Positions 25,001 through 36,175 of a stretch of 64,000 nt of DNA are shown one piece after another (the first letter of the stretch is position 1; the number at the start of each line of letters is the position of its first letter). The notes beneath the pieces are model-generated. The model had not been told where the DNA came from. It worked only from the letters and a program-made list of their open reading frames with translations, and searched no databases. The stretch comes from Takakia lepidozioides (Eukaryota > Plantae > Bryophyta). Where the stretch lies: contig CM060732.1 of the NCBI GenBank assembly GCA_030704615.1, positions 27,094,001-27,158,000 of the forward strand, given 5' to 3'. Position numbers and translations under genes: made by a program.

Positions 25001-25704
25001 GTCATTCTCTTCGACCAGTAGATGCCAATTAGACGCTGTTCCATGACAATGCCGGGGGGTTTGAGGCTGCAGTGTCAAGCAGTCAACTGCTTGTAGGATA
25101 ACAAGTTGATTCTTGTCATATGATCATGTCGGGGCTCTCTCTAGCAGCGTTGTCGACTGAGCTTATGCCTAAGTCACCTGCATGATTCCACAATGGTGCT
25201 AGCCACATAGAATCTTGCAGACAGAATTAGGGTAAGTGACGGTGGTCCATGGGTTTGCCCACAACTCACACTAATTGTTGAGGGCAGATGTGGGCCCCTG
25301 CATTGAACAATGCCTTGGAGAATCGCCTGTCATCTGGCCTTCACATCTTTCTCATCAAGAAGTTATAGTCTGAGATCTGCCACCGAAGTCCATCCCCCCG
25401 GATGGAAATTCGGCGCCGCATTTACATCGAAGAGGGGATGGACTTCGTCGTGTCCAGTGGCTATCGGCCCACCTGGCAGTGAGTGCCCATAGTTTGCATG
25501 GCAGGGTAGGAAACTGAAACGGCTACATTCATGAAGCAGCCAATCTTCATCGGTCCAGGATCCTGTAGGGGGGAAATTTAAATGTGCCCTGGAGTGTTTG
25601 TGAGGAATTGCAGCGTTAGCTTGAACTTTTTCCAGCCACCGCGCTGCTCCTCCTCCATCCGGGAGCTGCTGTCATTGAGCGTACTCCGCTACTCTTTTTC
25701 AAGG

Positions 25705-26282
25705 ATGCCGTGCCGCCAAAATCCAGCCGACTGCCCTTATCATGGCCACGATTATGCTATGTTCAAACCAGAATCAGGAGACATCATTGTCTGGCTCTCT
25801 GTTTTCACAGACGCTGCTGGAATCAAGCAAGAGTCTTTGTGCGCAATGGAGTATCTGGAGGGCTATTACCGCTTTGAGCGAGGTGAGGGCGAGGGTCAAT
25901 GCGGTCCGTGGGTCCTGAAAATTGTTGACCTCGATATACCAAGCTGGAAAGGGATGCCGGACAGATCACGCACGGCCTCGCTTTGGCGCTGGAACTGCTG
26001 CCAGTGGACCAGGGAGGACGGCACCGGGGAAACTATATACGTGCAGATCACTCCGCTCTTCCAGTGTATGGAGACATTCGGCTGAGTTGCGAAGACGAAT
26101 CGCACGGGCACATGAGGCCCACAGTGACCTTGTCAATGTATGATGGTGGTATCATTGATGGACATGACATTGTCGTCGGCTCCAGCAAGGGCAGCAGAAC
26201 GACCGAATTGCAGTTTACCTCGAGGTGCCGCAGCAGTGATGAGCTTGTTTTGAGGGGTATCGAAGTTCCGTCGACTTGGTGA
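25705..26282 (+). pseudogene. orfX copy b, unknown ~190-aa protein (one frameshift near 26045)
   Basis: EYLEGYYRFERG, PWVLKIVD, RWNCCQWT, YGDIR, YDGGIIDGHDIVV. Confidence 0.65.
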
Positions 26283-26537
26283 AGCCCATGTAGAAGGAGG
26301 AAGGGCTTAGTTTTGTCTGCAGTTGGTAAATGTGAGACATCGTGTCCGATCAATAAACCCATCGTACCTCACTTCTGTATGATTGTGTTTCATTCTGTTG
26401 AATAACTGTCGGAATTGGCCCACTGTTTACAATTTGATGTCTCATTTCTACAATGTGTCTGTCCGGATGAATATAGCAGAGTAACCGGTATGTGAGTCAT
26501 GTGTCAAGAATATACCAGAGTAACGCCATGTCGGACA

Positions 26538-27272
26538 TGAAATGCGGCACCGCATTTCCATGTCGGCATCGAAATGCGGCACCGCATTTCCATGTGGGAC
26601 AAGGAAATGCGGTGCATCATTTCCGTCCAGGTACACGAAATACCAACACGGGTCTATAAATTGGACAGACAACGAGGTTGGCATTGCAAATGCGGCGACG
26701 CATTTCCAGCTTGGCAATGGAAACTTCTTTTTGGACAAGGGAATGCGGTGCCGCATTTCCGTCCAACACTTCGAAAAGTGTGACATTTCCGACCAGCGCG
26801 ATGGAATGCGTTACCGCATTTCCGTGAGAGGGTCTGCAAATGGACAAATTGCGATGTCCGTTCTGGAAATGCGGCGCCGCATTTCCATGTCCGTCATCGA
26901 CTTTTTTTTTACAATGGAATGCGGTGCCAATTTTTGCTGATGGGCCTGCAGTTCGAACAACGACCATCCCCAATATGGAAATGCGGCACCGCATTTTCAA
27001 TTCCGCCATCTCGACCTCCTTGTTCGACCTCCTTGTTCGACCTCTGTAAGCGTGGTGGCATCCATGCAATGAGCGGGAGAGGCCAAAACTGGCGTGTGGA
27101 CAAAGGAAATTTTGGAAATGCGGCACCGCATTTCCAATCGGCCGATTACTTTTTACTATGCCAACATTGAAATGGAAAATTTAGTCCCTCCCCTGTTTTG
27201 GAAATGCGGTGCCGCATTTCCAAAAGAGGTTCTTAGAGTTGCCAAAATTTGGAAATGCGGTGCCCCATTTCT
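26538..27272. repeat. Left array of palindrome GGAAATGCGG-NN-CCGCATTTCC (12 copies)
   Basis: ATGCG positions 26542, 26574, 26607, 26690, 26743, 26806, 26869, 26919, 26981, 27118, 27204, 27255. Confidence 0.95.
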
Positions 27273-27289
27273 GATTTTGGGAGCGTCGT

Positions 27290-30200
27290 GGTTTGAGCGA
27301 TTGTGTGGCTGGAATGCACACTGGAGAGGGGTCACGAATGTCTGGCAGAATTTCCTTTATATACTCTGGAAGAGAATTTACATTTACAGACTTCATTAAT
27401 CTTGAAAAATCATCCGAATCCTCATCCTGTTCTAGACTGTCCTGCTCCGCCTCCACCCCCTCAGTGCCTTTCTCATCTCCAGCGGACTGCTCGTTGGCCA
27501 GGCTTTCAAAATCCCATCTTCCCCTTGCGGAACTGTCCATCTCACCTCCGTTGGGTCGTCTTCCTCCCTGTCTGCGTCGCTCTCATCCGCTGAATCACAT
27601 ATGTACTTTCGTACCCGTCTACCTGTCTGAGCTGCTGCCAACTCTTTCCTTATCCTTCTGTCCTCCCTAGCCCTCTCCAAAATCTGCTCTACTTTACTGG
27701 GATTCTCACTTCTTCTAATCGCTGTATTTGCGAGTTTAGCTGCATAACTAGGAAGGGAGTAGTCCCTCACCGGGCTCGTCATGAAGTCGGCCCTCGCAAA
27801 GAACGGGACATTCTTCCTGGCAGGAAGTGTAGGCCCTACATGTTTCGACCCGGACCCTGCAATCCTGCACATGACAATCATCAACGAGACTAATGAGAAC
27901 CACAGTCGGGAAATTCGTTTGACATAAATGACCCAGAAGGCTTTGCAAACTTACAATGTTTGCACTCACTCGTATTCCGGGTTCTCCTCCGCATCAATGT
28001 CCACTGTGTCTTCCTCGGACTCCGACGAATCCGAGGAGACTTCCGCTCTGTCGGGAGCCTTAACATTCCGTTGCAGCCCTTCCAGATGGGATCCCCACAC
28101 GGATGAATCCTCCTCGTAGGCAAAGAGGTGCGGTCGGAAAACCGCCCAGCCCACATTGAGGCACCTGTTACAATGCCATCCACACATTACCACATGGCGC
28201 TTCAGATGTTGCGAACTACATCCTAACGAGAATTTGCAGAACAGCATAGATCAAGATTCTGCATACCTGTCCCACAGATGAGGTCGAGCACTGTGCCCTC
28301 CACGTCTGTGCATGTCTCCATAATTGTCTGAATGAAGGCAGGGCTCCGAGTCCGTGAGTACCGCAGGGGTTCCGTTGAAGTGAGGCTATGAGGGAGAAGT
28401 TCCTTGGGAACGTTGTTGAACAGAACGTCGTAATCGAGTGGGTCGCAGTTCGGGTCAACCTTTCCTCCCTCCTTCCGGAAAGCAAAGGTGGAGTTCTCCT
28501 TCACAAAGCAGTATGCATCGAACTGCTTCGTCTGCATACACAGGGGAAAACGATTAGAAACCGAATGCGGCACCGCATTTGAAAACACCCAAGCAAATGA
28601 ATGGACGAGTGCCAGTGTCGTAATCACCTTCTTCCCTTCCGACCAAAGGCCCAGTGTGTTGATGCACGTCCACTTCTTTTTCAGAATCGGGACGGCGCTC
28701 TTGCGGGTCCACTTCGCAATTCCTGTCTGAGTGTTTTTTCCTCTGCTCGCCAGGACAACCACACAGCCTCTGTCGTCCAACACCATGCGGGCAAGCCCGA
28801 ATCCTTTCTTCCAAAAGTCCTCCGAGTACCTGTTCCAAGATGGCAAAGCTTGCAGTCCTTCCACAGGCTCTCCGTCCGGAATATCCAAGATGATCATATC
28901 GCAAGACCACTCGGTGGCATTTCCGCCCCTCCTACAATCCTTGTCTGCACACACCCTCTCAAAGAACGAGACCATATTCTGAAATCCTGGGGTGTCGGAA
29001 GGCTCTTCGGCAGTCGCCTTCTTCAGTGCTCTGCCCTTCAGACCCTCCATGGTCTTCATGTATGCCAACTTGGCTGCCCGTCCATCCAAAGCGCCAAGAA
29101 ACTCTCATTTACACACTGGACTACTGTTTCGGGAGCCACTTTCGGCCTCTTCATTTCCACCGGCTCGAAAGGGTGCCCCCCTGGGGGGTTGAAGAGTGCC
29201 TTCTTTGCCGAGCCAGTTCTCGTGCCTCTCGTGACAACGGTGGGCACAGGGGAGGCAGCCTGCGTTTGGGGGGGTGGGCTGGTTGCAAAGTCTCCATCGG
29301 AGTCCTCTTCCTCACCCTCTTCCTGAACAGGCTGTTTCTGCTTCTTCGTTTTGGCGGGTGTCACAACAGCTGCTCCTTGCTGGCGAGTCCTCTTTTTCGA
29401 CCCCTTCTGTTGGGCCTGCACAGCTGCATCCACCGTCTTTTGTGCCATCTCAGCTGCCTTTCTGGATTCTTCCAGAGCAGCAGATTCCTTTGCCGACTTT
29501 GGCCCAGCAGGGACACGTCTTTCCTTTCTCTTCTCTTCTGCCAAGGCGTGCAGATCTTTCTCAGACTCGTCAACAATACCGCCAGACATGTCCAGGTACC
29601 ACGGGCATCCAACGAGATGCGCGGGATGCCATTGTTTCTGCATCTCGGGTGTGTAGACACAGCTTGGGCCCGCCACGGTCCAAGCCATGAAGAACGGGGG
29701 CTCTTGAGCCAGGGCCCCTGTCTGAAGGAGCACGTATTTCATATACCTGCAAGGCAGTCAGCATGCGTGAGCAAAAGTTGAGACCAACCTACTCGCAGAG
29801 TGCCACCGAAAACATAAAATGCGAATGCGGGGCCGCATTTCCGAGACAAACCTCGTAACCAGGCTTCGCATACAAGGGCAGCTGTGCTTCACCTGTAAAC
29901 AATTCGCATTGCAGCTTTCCCCGCTCCCTCCTGATGTGTAAACTCCACGCTCCTTCTTGCTGTCTGTAGCTCTCTGGCGAAAAGGTTGTCCTTGTACGCA
30001 CATCTGAAACGTGTCACGTAGTCTTCCAATGTCTGTGTTCCATCCCATTTGACGTACAAGCCGAACGAATTTGTGTGCATTACGACTTGCTCCTTCGCAT
30101 TCGACATTACCTGCGATTCCAAATGCATTGTCACGTAGCAGTTCAGGGAATTCATTTCAGAAAAGCAAATCTGGGGAAGTACCTTGAATTACCTGGAACC

Positions 30201-32510
30201 ACCAAGTCATACGGTTGAGCCACACATCCACTGCAGGGTCGGAAACTTCCAGTGGAAAGACCACATTGTCCTTATGCTCTCGGATGCATTCCAGATCGAC
30301 AGCCACCGTGTCTGCCATTTCCGATCCAATGTCAGGAGCTGGAAGAGAGTGGCTATTGCTACGAAGGAACTTCAGTGCATTGAAACCTCACCTTCTCTTT
30401 CGCCTCCACACATGCCGTTGAGAGGTGATGCAGTTTCTCCAATTGCATGGTCGGCTGCATGGCCCGAGAATAGTGTTTTGCAATCTCGGGGATGAAGTCC
30501 TTTCCAAGTGCCGGATCTGCAATTGCCACCAGCTTCACAAGCTTTGACTTGTATTTGGTTCTGGACTTGACACCGGCTTCCTTCAAGTGCTCAGTCAATG
30601 ACTGCAACGTTTTGACCTGCCCCTCACTTTCCATGAAGAAGCGTTTGGCATGGGCCAAATCCAGCTTGATGTTTGACTGCCAACAAAAACATGCAAAAGC
30701 GTTACATTCGATTCATGTGGAAACATTACTGAAAATTGGGGAAGGATGAGCAGAGGGAGAGGACGACTTACTTCGTATATCACCTCCACCATTCCATCCA
30801 TAGTGAGACGATACCATGTCCGGTCTGTTTTTGCAACGGCTTTCTGAATGAGCTCGGGCTCCAGCATTTCCGCAAACATCTGCGGATCAGTGAGACCAGT
30901 TTTCCTCACCCTGTACAGCATATGTGCCATGTGGGTATGCACGTACGCATTCTCAGTGACCCTGCAAGGCACACTCTCCAGTTCAGTACACGGAAGCACG
31001 GAAACAAACCAGAATGGAAACCGAAATGCGGCACCGCATTTCGAACGTGCTAGGGAGGGTATGAGTATCTTACGAGTTGAGGTCCGCCATGGCATTCTTG
31101 AGCAGGGAGGAGTCTGCCGCCTTCACCTTCAGGATGACACACTCCACCATGTAATGCCAGCCAATGTGCTTGGCATGGTTCTGCTTGATGTACTCCCACC
31201 AGGCGAGAAGTCGGTGATTCCCGTCCCACACAAAGAACATTTTACCCGACATATGGCCGAAGTCTGGATCACCCTTCAGCGTCGCCTCGAATTGTCGTTG
31301 CGAGTGTGCCAGTGGGTATCCCACGTTGACAATTCATCGGCAGTGGGTCCACGAGTTTCGCCGTCCTCATTCTCAATGGAAACGTAAAACGCTGCCGATC
31401 CCAGACGGTACCCTTCTCGAAATGCGAACTTGAGCTTATCCACATCTCCGGGAAGGGCCTGCTGACGATGGGAAGGGAGACCATGCGACAGAGTGGGATT
31501 CGAAGAGTCCGCTGGAATACCCTGCTGCCCAGAACTCTGCCAATGCTACTGTGTGTCTCCTCCAACATTTTATCCGCTGCACTTTTGAAATCCTCCGGAG
31601 ACATGTCTGTAGGTGCCGGTAGTGGCTGAGCAGCTGGAGCATCCTCAACTGGAGCTGCACTCTGGGGCCTGTCTGCGGGCAATTCTGCCATTGCAGAGGC
31701 CTCCTCCGGGCCTGCTTGCTCATCGGTGGTGAGGTCTTGCTGCGAACGTTGAGCGGCAGCACCCTCCTCCGGTACCAAATCGAGATCAACGGTCGATCCC
31801 ATTGCCTTCGCTGCAGCAGAGTCGGCCCCAACATCTGCAGGCGGGAAATCCTCCAGGAACTGAGCTTCAGCTCGTGGAAGCGGTTTTGCGGGAGATTGTT
31901 CGCCTGTCGCCCTGATTGCCTTCTGCTTCCTCATCCTTGCAGGTGAAGGTGTCTGCTGCAATTGAATCTGTCTTTTACCCTGCTGCTTCATTCGCGTTGG
32001 GGGGGTGAATCGGCCTGAGCCGGTTCAGAAGCCAGTAGAGGGACGGCTGCTTCTTCTTCGACTTTGCTGGAGAAGGGCCCGACCCCTGCTGGCGATTCTC
32101 CATGACCAAAGAACGCGAGTCGATCTCTGGGGCTTTGAACTTGCCCTTCGAAGACGCGTCTTTGAATCGCACAGGGCTAGGCCCGGCAGGAATACCCGCG
32201 CTCGGGGATCGGGTGGGTGTACGTGCTGCAGCTAGCTCCTCGGACTCTTCCTGCGGCTCTTCGGATTCCTGCGATCCCTCCAGCACATCCACCTTTCCTG
32301 TTAGGCATGCAAACATGTTCTGCATTCAAGTCTCCTAGCATTCAGTCTAAGAATTACAGAAGCAAAATGGGGGGTTCGGTGCTCGATCAGCTGCGCGCAG
32401 CCCGATCGCATGGAGCTCTCACTGGTGGCTGGGTTGCCTGAGTGGCCTGCTGCTTGGAGATGGCAATCTCCTCCTGTAGACGCATCTGCTTCCTCCCCTT
32501 CGGCATTGGC
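27290..32510 (-). pseudogene. Multi-exon gene: low-complexity N-terminus, ParB/Srx-like domain, helical linker, beta-class N6A/N4C DNA methyltransferase-like domain, acidic tail; several frameshifts
   Basis: KMFFVWDGNHRLLAW (~31200-31245); DMIILDIPDG (28871-28900); RMVLDDRGCVVV; RSPAFIQTIMETCTDVEGTVLDLICGTG|ASMWAG..RHLFAYEED; GT-AG introns near 30964-31074, 30679-30771, 29748-29852, 28533-28627, 28166-28266; gene ends approximate. Confidence 0.75.
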
Positions 32511-32939
32511 CTACGTCCGAAGTATAATTTCCGGAGCTTGCGACGAGGTCTCCTGTCTGGTGCACGAACTCCCCCCCTCTCAGGTTCGAGCATAAGAAGA
32601 ACAGAGAGAGGGAAAAGGGGCAAAGAGTGCAGATGGAAAGGGCGCGAGAGGGGTGACTGAGGAGACACGACAAAAGTAGATGAAACGGCGGTGATGCACC
32701 ACTTGGGTTCGAAAGGGTTGGACGAAAGTGTCTCCTCGTGGAGTTTGCGTCATTACGAAATTCGAATCGTTCAGGGTACGCCTGCCGTCCGAAAAACAAA
32801 CATCATTATCCAACGGTCAGGCCGCGCCGCCTCATGCCCCTTCAGTCAGAAAGAGTGCCGACATGTGCAGCAATTCCGTTGCTCCACGTGTTCACATTTC
32901 AAGGCATTTCCGTCCCAGCGTCTGATGAGTTGGAGCGAA

Positions 32940-34492
32940 AATGCGAATGCGGCGCCGCATTTCCGTTAAGCACCATCACGAAGCTACACATCCGTACTTG
33001 TTTCAGTTCCCGTGGTTCATGATTTTCAATGTGAACGGAAATGCGGTACCGCATTTCCGTTCCCCCTTCACATACGTTAGTTGATGAATGGAAATGCCGT
33101 GCCACATTTCCGTTCGGGAAAGTATAGAAGTCTCACCTGAACAAAAATGCGGTGCCGCATTTCCGGTCTGGAAAGTTTGAAGGTCTCACATGGATGGAAA
33201 TGCGGCAACACATTTCCGTAGCACAGCTCCAGGCCCCATATACAAAACGGAAATGCGGCGCCGCATTTCCGTTCTAGAATGTCGGAAGGTGCGACTCGGA
33301 CGGAAATGCGGTGCCGCATTTCTGTTCCCGTTGCGCACGATTTTCAGTCAGAACGGAAATGCAGTACCGCATTTCCGTTCTGTAGAGTATTAACGTCTGA
33401 CGCTGGCAGAAATGCTGTGCCGCATTTTCGTTCCACAGCTCCATGCCTCACATACAAAACGGAAATGCGGCGCCGCATTTCCGTTCTAGAATGTCGGAAG
33501 GTGCGACTCGGACGGAAATGCGGTGCCGCATTTCTGTTCCCGTTGCGTACGATTTTCAGTCAGAACGGAAATGCAGTACCGCATTTCCGTTCTGTAGAGT
33601 ATTAACGTCTGACGCTGGCGGAAATGCTGTGCCGCATTTTCGTTCCACAGCTCCATGCCTCACATACAAAATGGAAATGCGGCGCCGCATTTCCGTTTTT
33701 GAATGTCGGAAGGTGCGACTCCGACGGAAATGCGGTACCGCATTTCAGTTCCGATGTTTCAGGATATTTCATCAGAACGGAAATGCGGTGCCGCATTTCC
33801 GTTCTGGAATGTTGGGAGGTGCGACTCGGATGGAAATGTGCTGCCGCATTTCAGTTCCGATGGTTCACGATTTTCAGTCAGAACGGAAATGCGGTACCGC
33901 ATTTCCGTTCTGGAATGTTGGGAGGTGCGACTCGGATGGAAATACGCTGCCGCATTTCAGTTCAAATGGTTCACGATTTTCAGTCAGAACGGAAATGCGG
34001 TACCGCATTTCCGTTCTGGATAGTATGAATGTCTCAAGCGGTCGGAATTGCGCTGTATGAAGCTGTCGGAATCGCACTCGGCTCCATGCATCAGATACAA
34101 AATGGAAATGCGGCGCCGCATTTCCGTTCTGGAATGTCGGAAAGTGCGACTCGGACAGAAATGCGGTGCCGCATTTCTGTTCCCGTTGTTCATAATTCTC
34201 AATCAGAACGGAAATGCGGTACCGCATTTCCGTTCCACCTTCACATACCGTGCTTGGTGGATGGAAATGCGGTACCGCATTTCCATTATGGAGAGTATGA
34301 ATGTCTTTTAAGGACGGAAATGTGCTGCAGCATTTCTATCCCTCAGCTCCATGCATCAGATACAAAATGGAAATGCGGCGCCGCATTTCCGTTTTGGAAT
34401 GTCGGAAAAGTGCGACTCGGACGGAAATGCGGTGTCGCATTTCTGTTCCCGTTGTTCATAATTCTCAATCAAAACGGAAATGCGGTACCGCA
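32940..34492. repeat. Right array of palindrome GGAAATGCGG-NN-CCGCATTTCC (~28 copies, 53-bp period, 212-bp higher-order repeat)
   Basis: Starts at 33249, 33302, 33355, 33408, 33461, ... 33673; the last copy is cut at the LTR junction. Confidence 0.95.
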
Positions 34493-34983
34493 AGCTGTTC
34501 TAACCGCCTAACTAACTAACTGTCACCCCCAAGAAGTAACACGTTCCCTCTGCAAATGTCGTTCCCACACAGTCGTTCCCTGCCAATGATAACCGTTCCC
34601 TATGTACGTTGTGCCGGCCTGTGCCGAGCTGTGTCGGACTGTGACTGTGTCGAGCTGTGACTAGCTGTGTAAAGCTGTGTCGGGCTGTGTCGTGCCGTGA
34701 CTGGCTGTGCGAAGCTGTGTCAAGCTGTGATAGACTGTGACTAACTGTGATAGGCTGTGATTGACTGTGACAAACTGTGTAAGGCTGTGTCGGGCTGTGT
34801 AAGGCTGTGTATGGCCGTGATAGACTATGATAAGCTGTGTACGACTATCTACCAACCCTAAAGCCTATGTTGTCACCTCTAAGGCCTCTGTTGGTCTAAG
34901 TCTACCTCTGTAAGTCTGCGCAAAAATTAAGGGTACCCCACAGAGCCCATAAAAGTGTCTAAGTCCCAGACAGCCCTCTAACA
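34492..34983 (-). repeat. Family A copy A4 3' LTR, proximal part (PPT at 34984-35000)
   Basis: Matches 15965-16482; ends ...CTCTAACA followed by TTACCCCTCCCCCTCTC. Confidence 0.9.
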
Positions 34984-35099
34984 TTACCCCTCCCCCTCTC
35001 AAAAAGCCGTGTCCTCACGGTTTACTGTTTAGGATCAGCAAACCGTTGTAAGCGAGCACCCTTCTGACGGTGAGAATCCTTTGGAGGGCTATGTGTGCG

Positions 35100-36152
35100 A
35101 GCCCGAGCCCTGTCACTGGCTGATGGAGACGATTGAGTACCAAACGGAAATGCCTGACCCTCATGTGGTTGATAACGAGGTAACCTCTCAGGCATAGGAG
35201 ATCCCTTCCGTTTCTACTCTGCCATCTGTAGTGCGTAGTCTTTTGCCATGTCAAAAGGTTCCTCTGTAGAACCAGTAGTATCAGAATCATCTTCCCCCCT
35301 TAGGTGTTTCGGCGGCCGAACTTTAAGTGGCTCCTGAGGAATCCTGCGTGGCATGCAGTGTTGGCCCACCATGTCTGGAAGCTTGAACTGGACTACTTGC
35401 TTTAATCACTTGCAAGCAAAATGAGTGAACTCCCTGAACTCCTTGGCCGTATAGGTGAGAGGTGGGCCAATGACCTTGGAACAGTGTAAGTATTTTAAGG
35501 CTTCATGTCTCTTACAGAAAATATCATCAGGGCCCAATTTTTCTTTGGCCAAGCTGTTCCAAGCCAAATTAAACCATGAACAAAGCTGGGAATTCTTCTG
35601 CATCATGATTTTCGCATCATATAGATACATATGAGGTGGAACTGAAGGTAAGACCCAATGATCTCCACTGGAATAACTCAGAAATCTTGACTACATCTTT
35701 TGCTGCTCAATGTGATACCGTGCAATGAAACAAGCAGCATAGTACAATCCACAGCCCATGACAATACTAGATACCTTCTTGGTTTTGGTGTAAATGTACC
35801 CATGAACAACCTGGAAGGCAATTAATTCCCTCAGCATGGTGCCTGCCTCAGACCAGTACCTTGCAAAATGATGATTCTCAATGGGTCAATTATTCGGAAG
35901 AACCTTAGTCCGAGTTGCCACTGGCAACCAAATGCACATGATCTGGTAATAATGTGCCAAATACTGTGGAGGACTAAATTCCTTCTGAGCCAAATCCATC
36001 ACAATGGGAATTTGGTTGAAGGGCATAATCATAGCCCGATTGTACTCCAGTGCAGCATGAGTTCTAGGTGGGTTAAAAGCAGCATCCCCCCAAACCTCAG
36101 ACTGTGGCTTCGCCACAGTATCAACAGGGTCAGCCATCTGCACAGCCACTTG
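35100..36152 (-). pseudogene. Family A ORF3 C-terminal part (copy A4)
   Basis: Near-identical to 16600-17657. Confidence 0.85.
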
Positions 36153-36175
36153 TGTTAGAGGGCTGTTTAGGACTT

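Larger units (their letters stand above)
23327..34491. mobile_element. MULE-related cargo element inserted in the A4 LTR; carries orfX twice, a PPR fragment, a ParB-MTase gene and palindrome arrays; right end deleted
   Basis: LTR halves 22850-23326 and 34492-34983 rejoin with only ~60 bp missing relative to 15385-16482; left terminus matches the MULE end at 6328-6390. Confidence 0.7.

Noticed and set aside
26448-27399. ORFs over the palindrome arrays (MRHRIS/KCGTAF/GNAAPHF peptides; also 33077-34519 and 4751-5158)
   Set aside because: These are translations of the repeated palindrome in all frames on both strands, with no sign of real coding
27290-32510. Bacterial or phage contamination, or a recent prophage ParB-methylase
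   Set aside because: The gene has multiple GT-AG spliceosomal introns and is nested in a plant LTR; no ParA or operon structure is present
32940-34492. CRISPR array (22-bp palindromic repeat plus 31-bp spacers)
   Set aside because: Spacers recur in a 212-bp higher-order repeat, no cas genes are present, the context is eukaryotic, and the same motif occurs in introns
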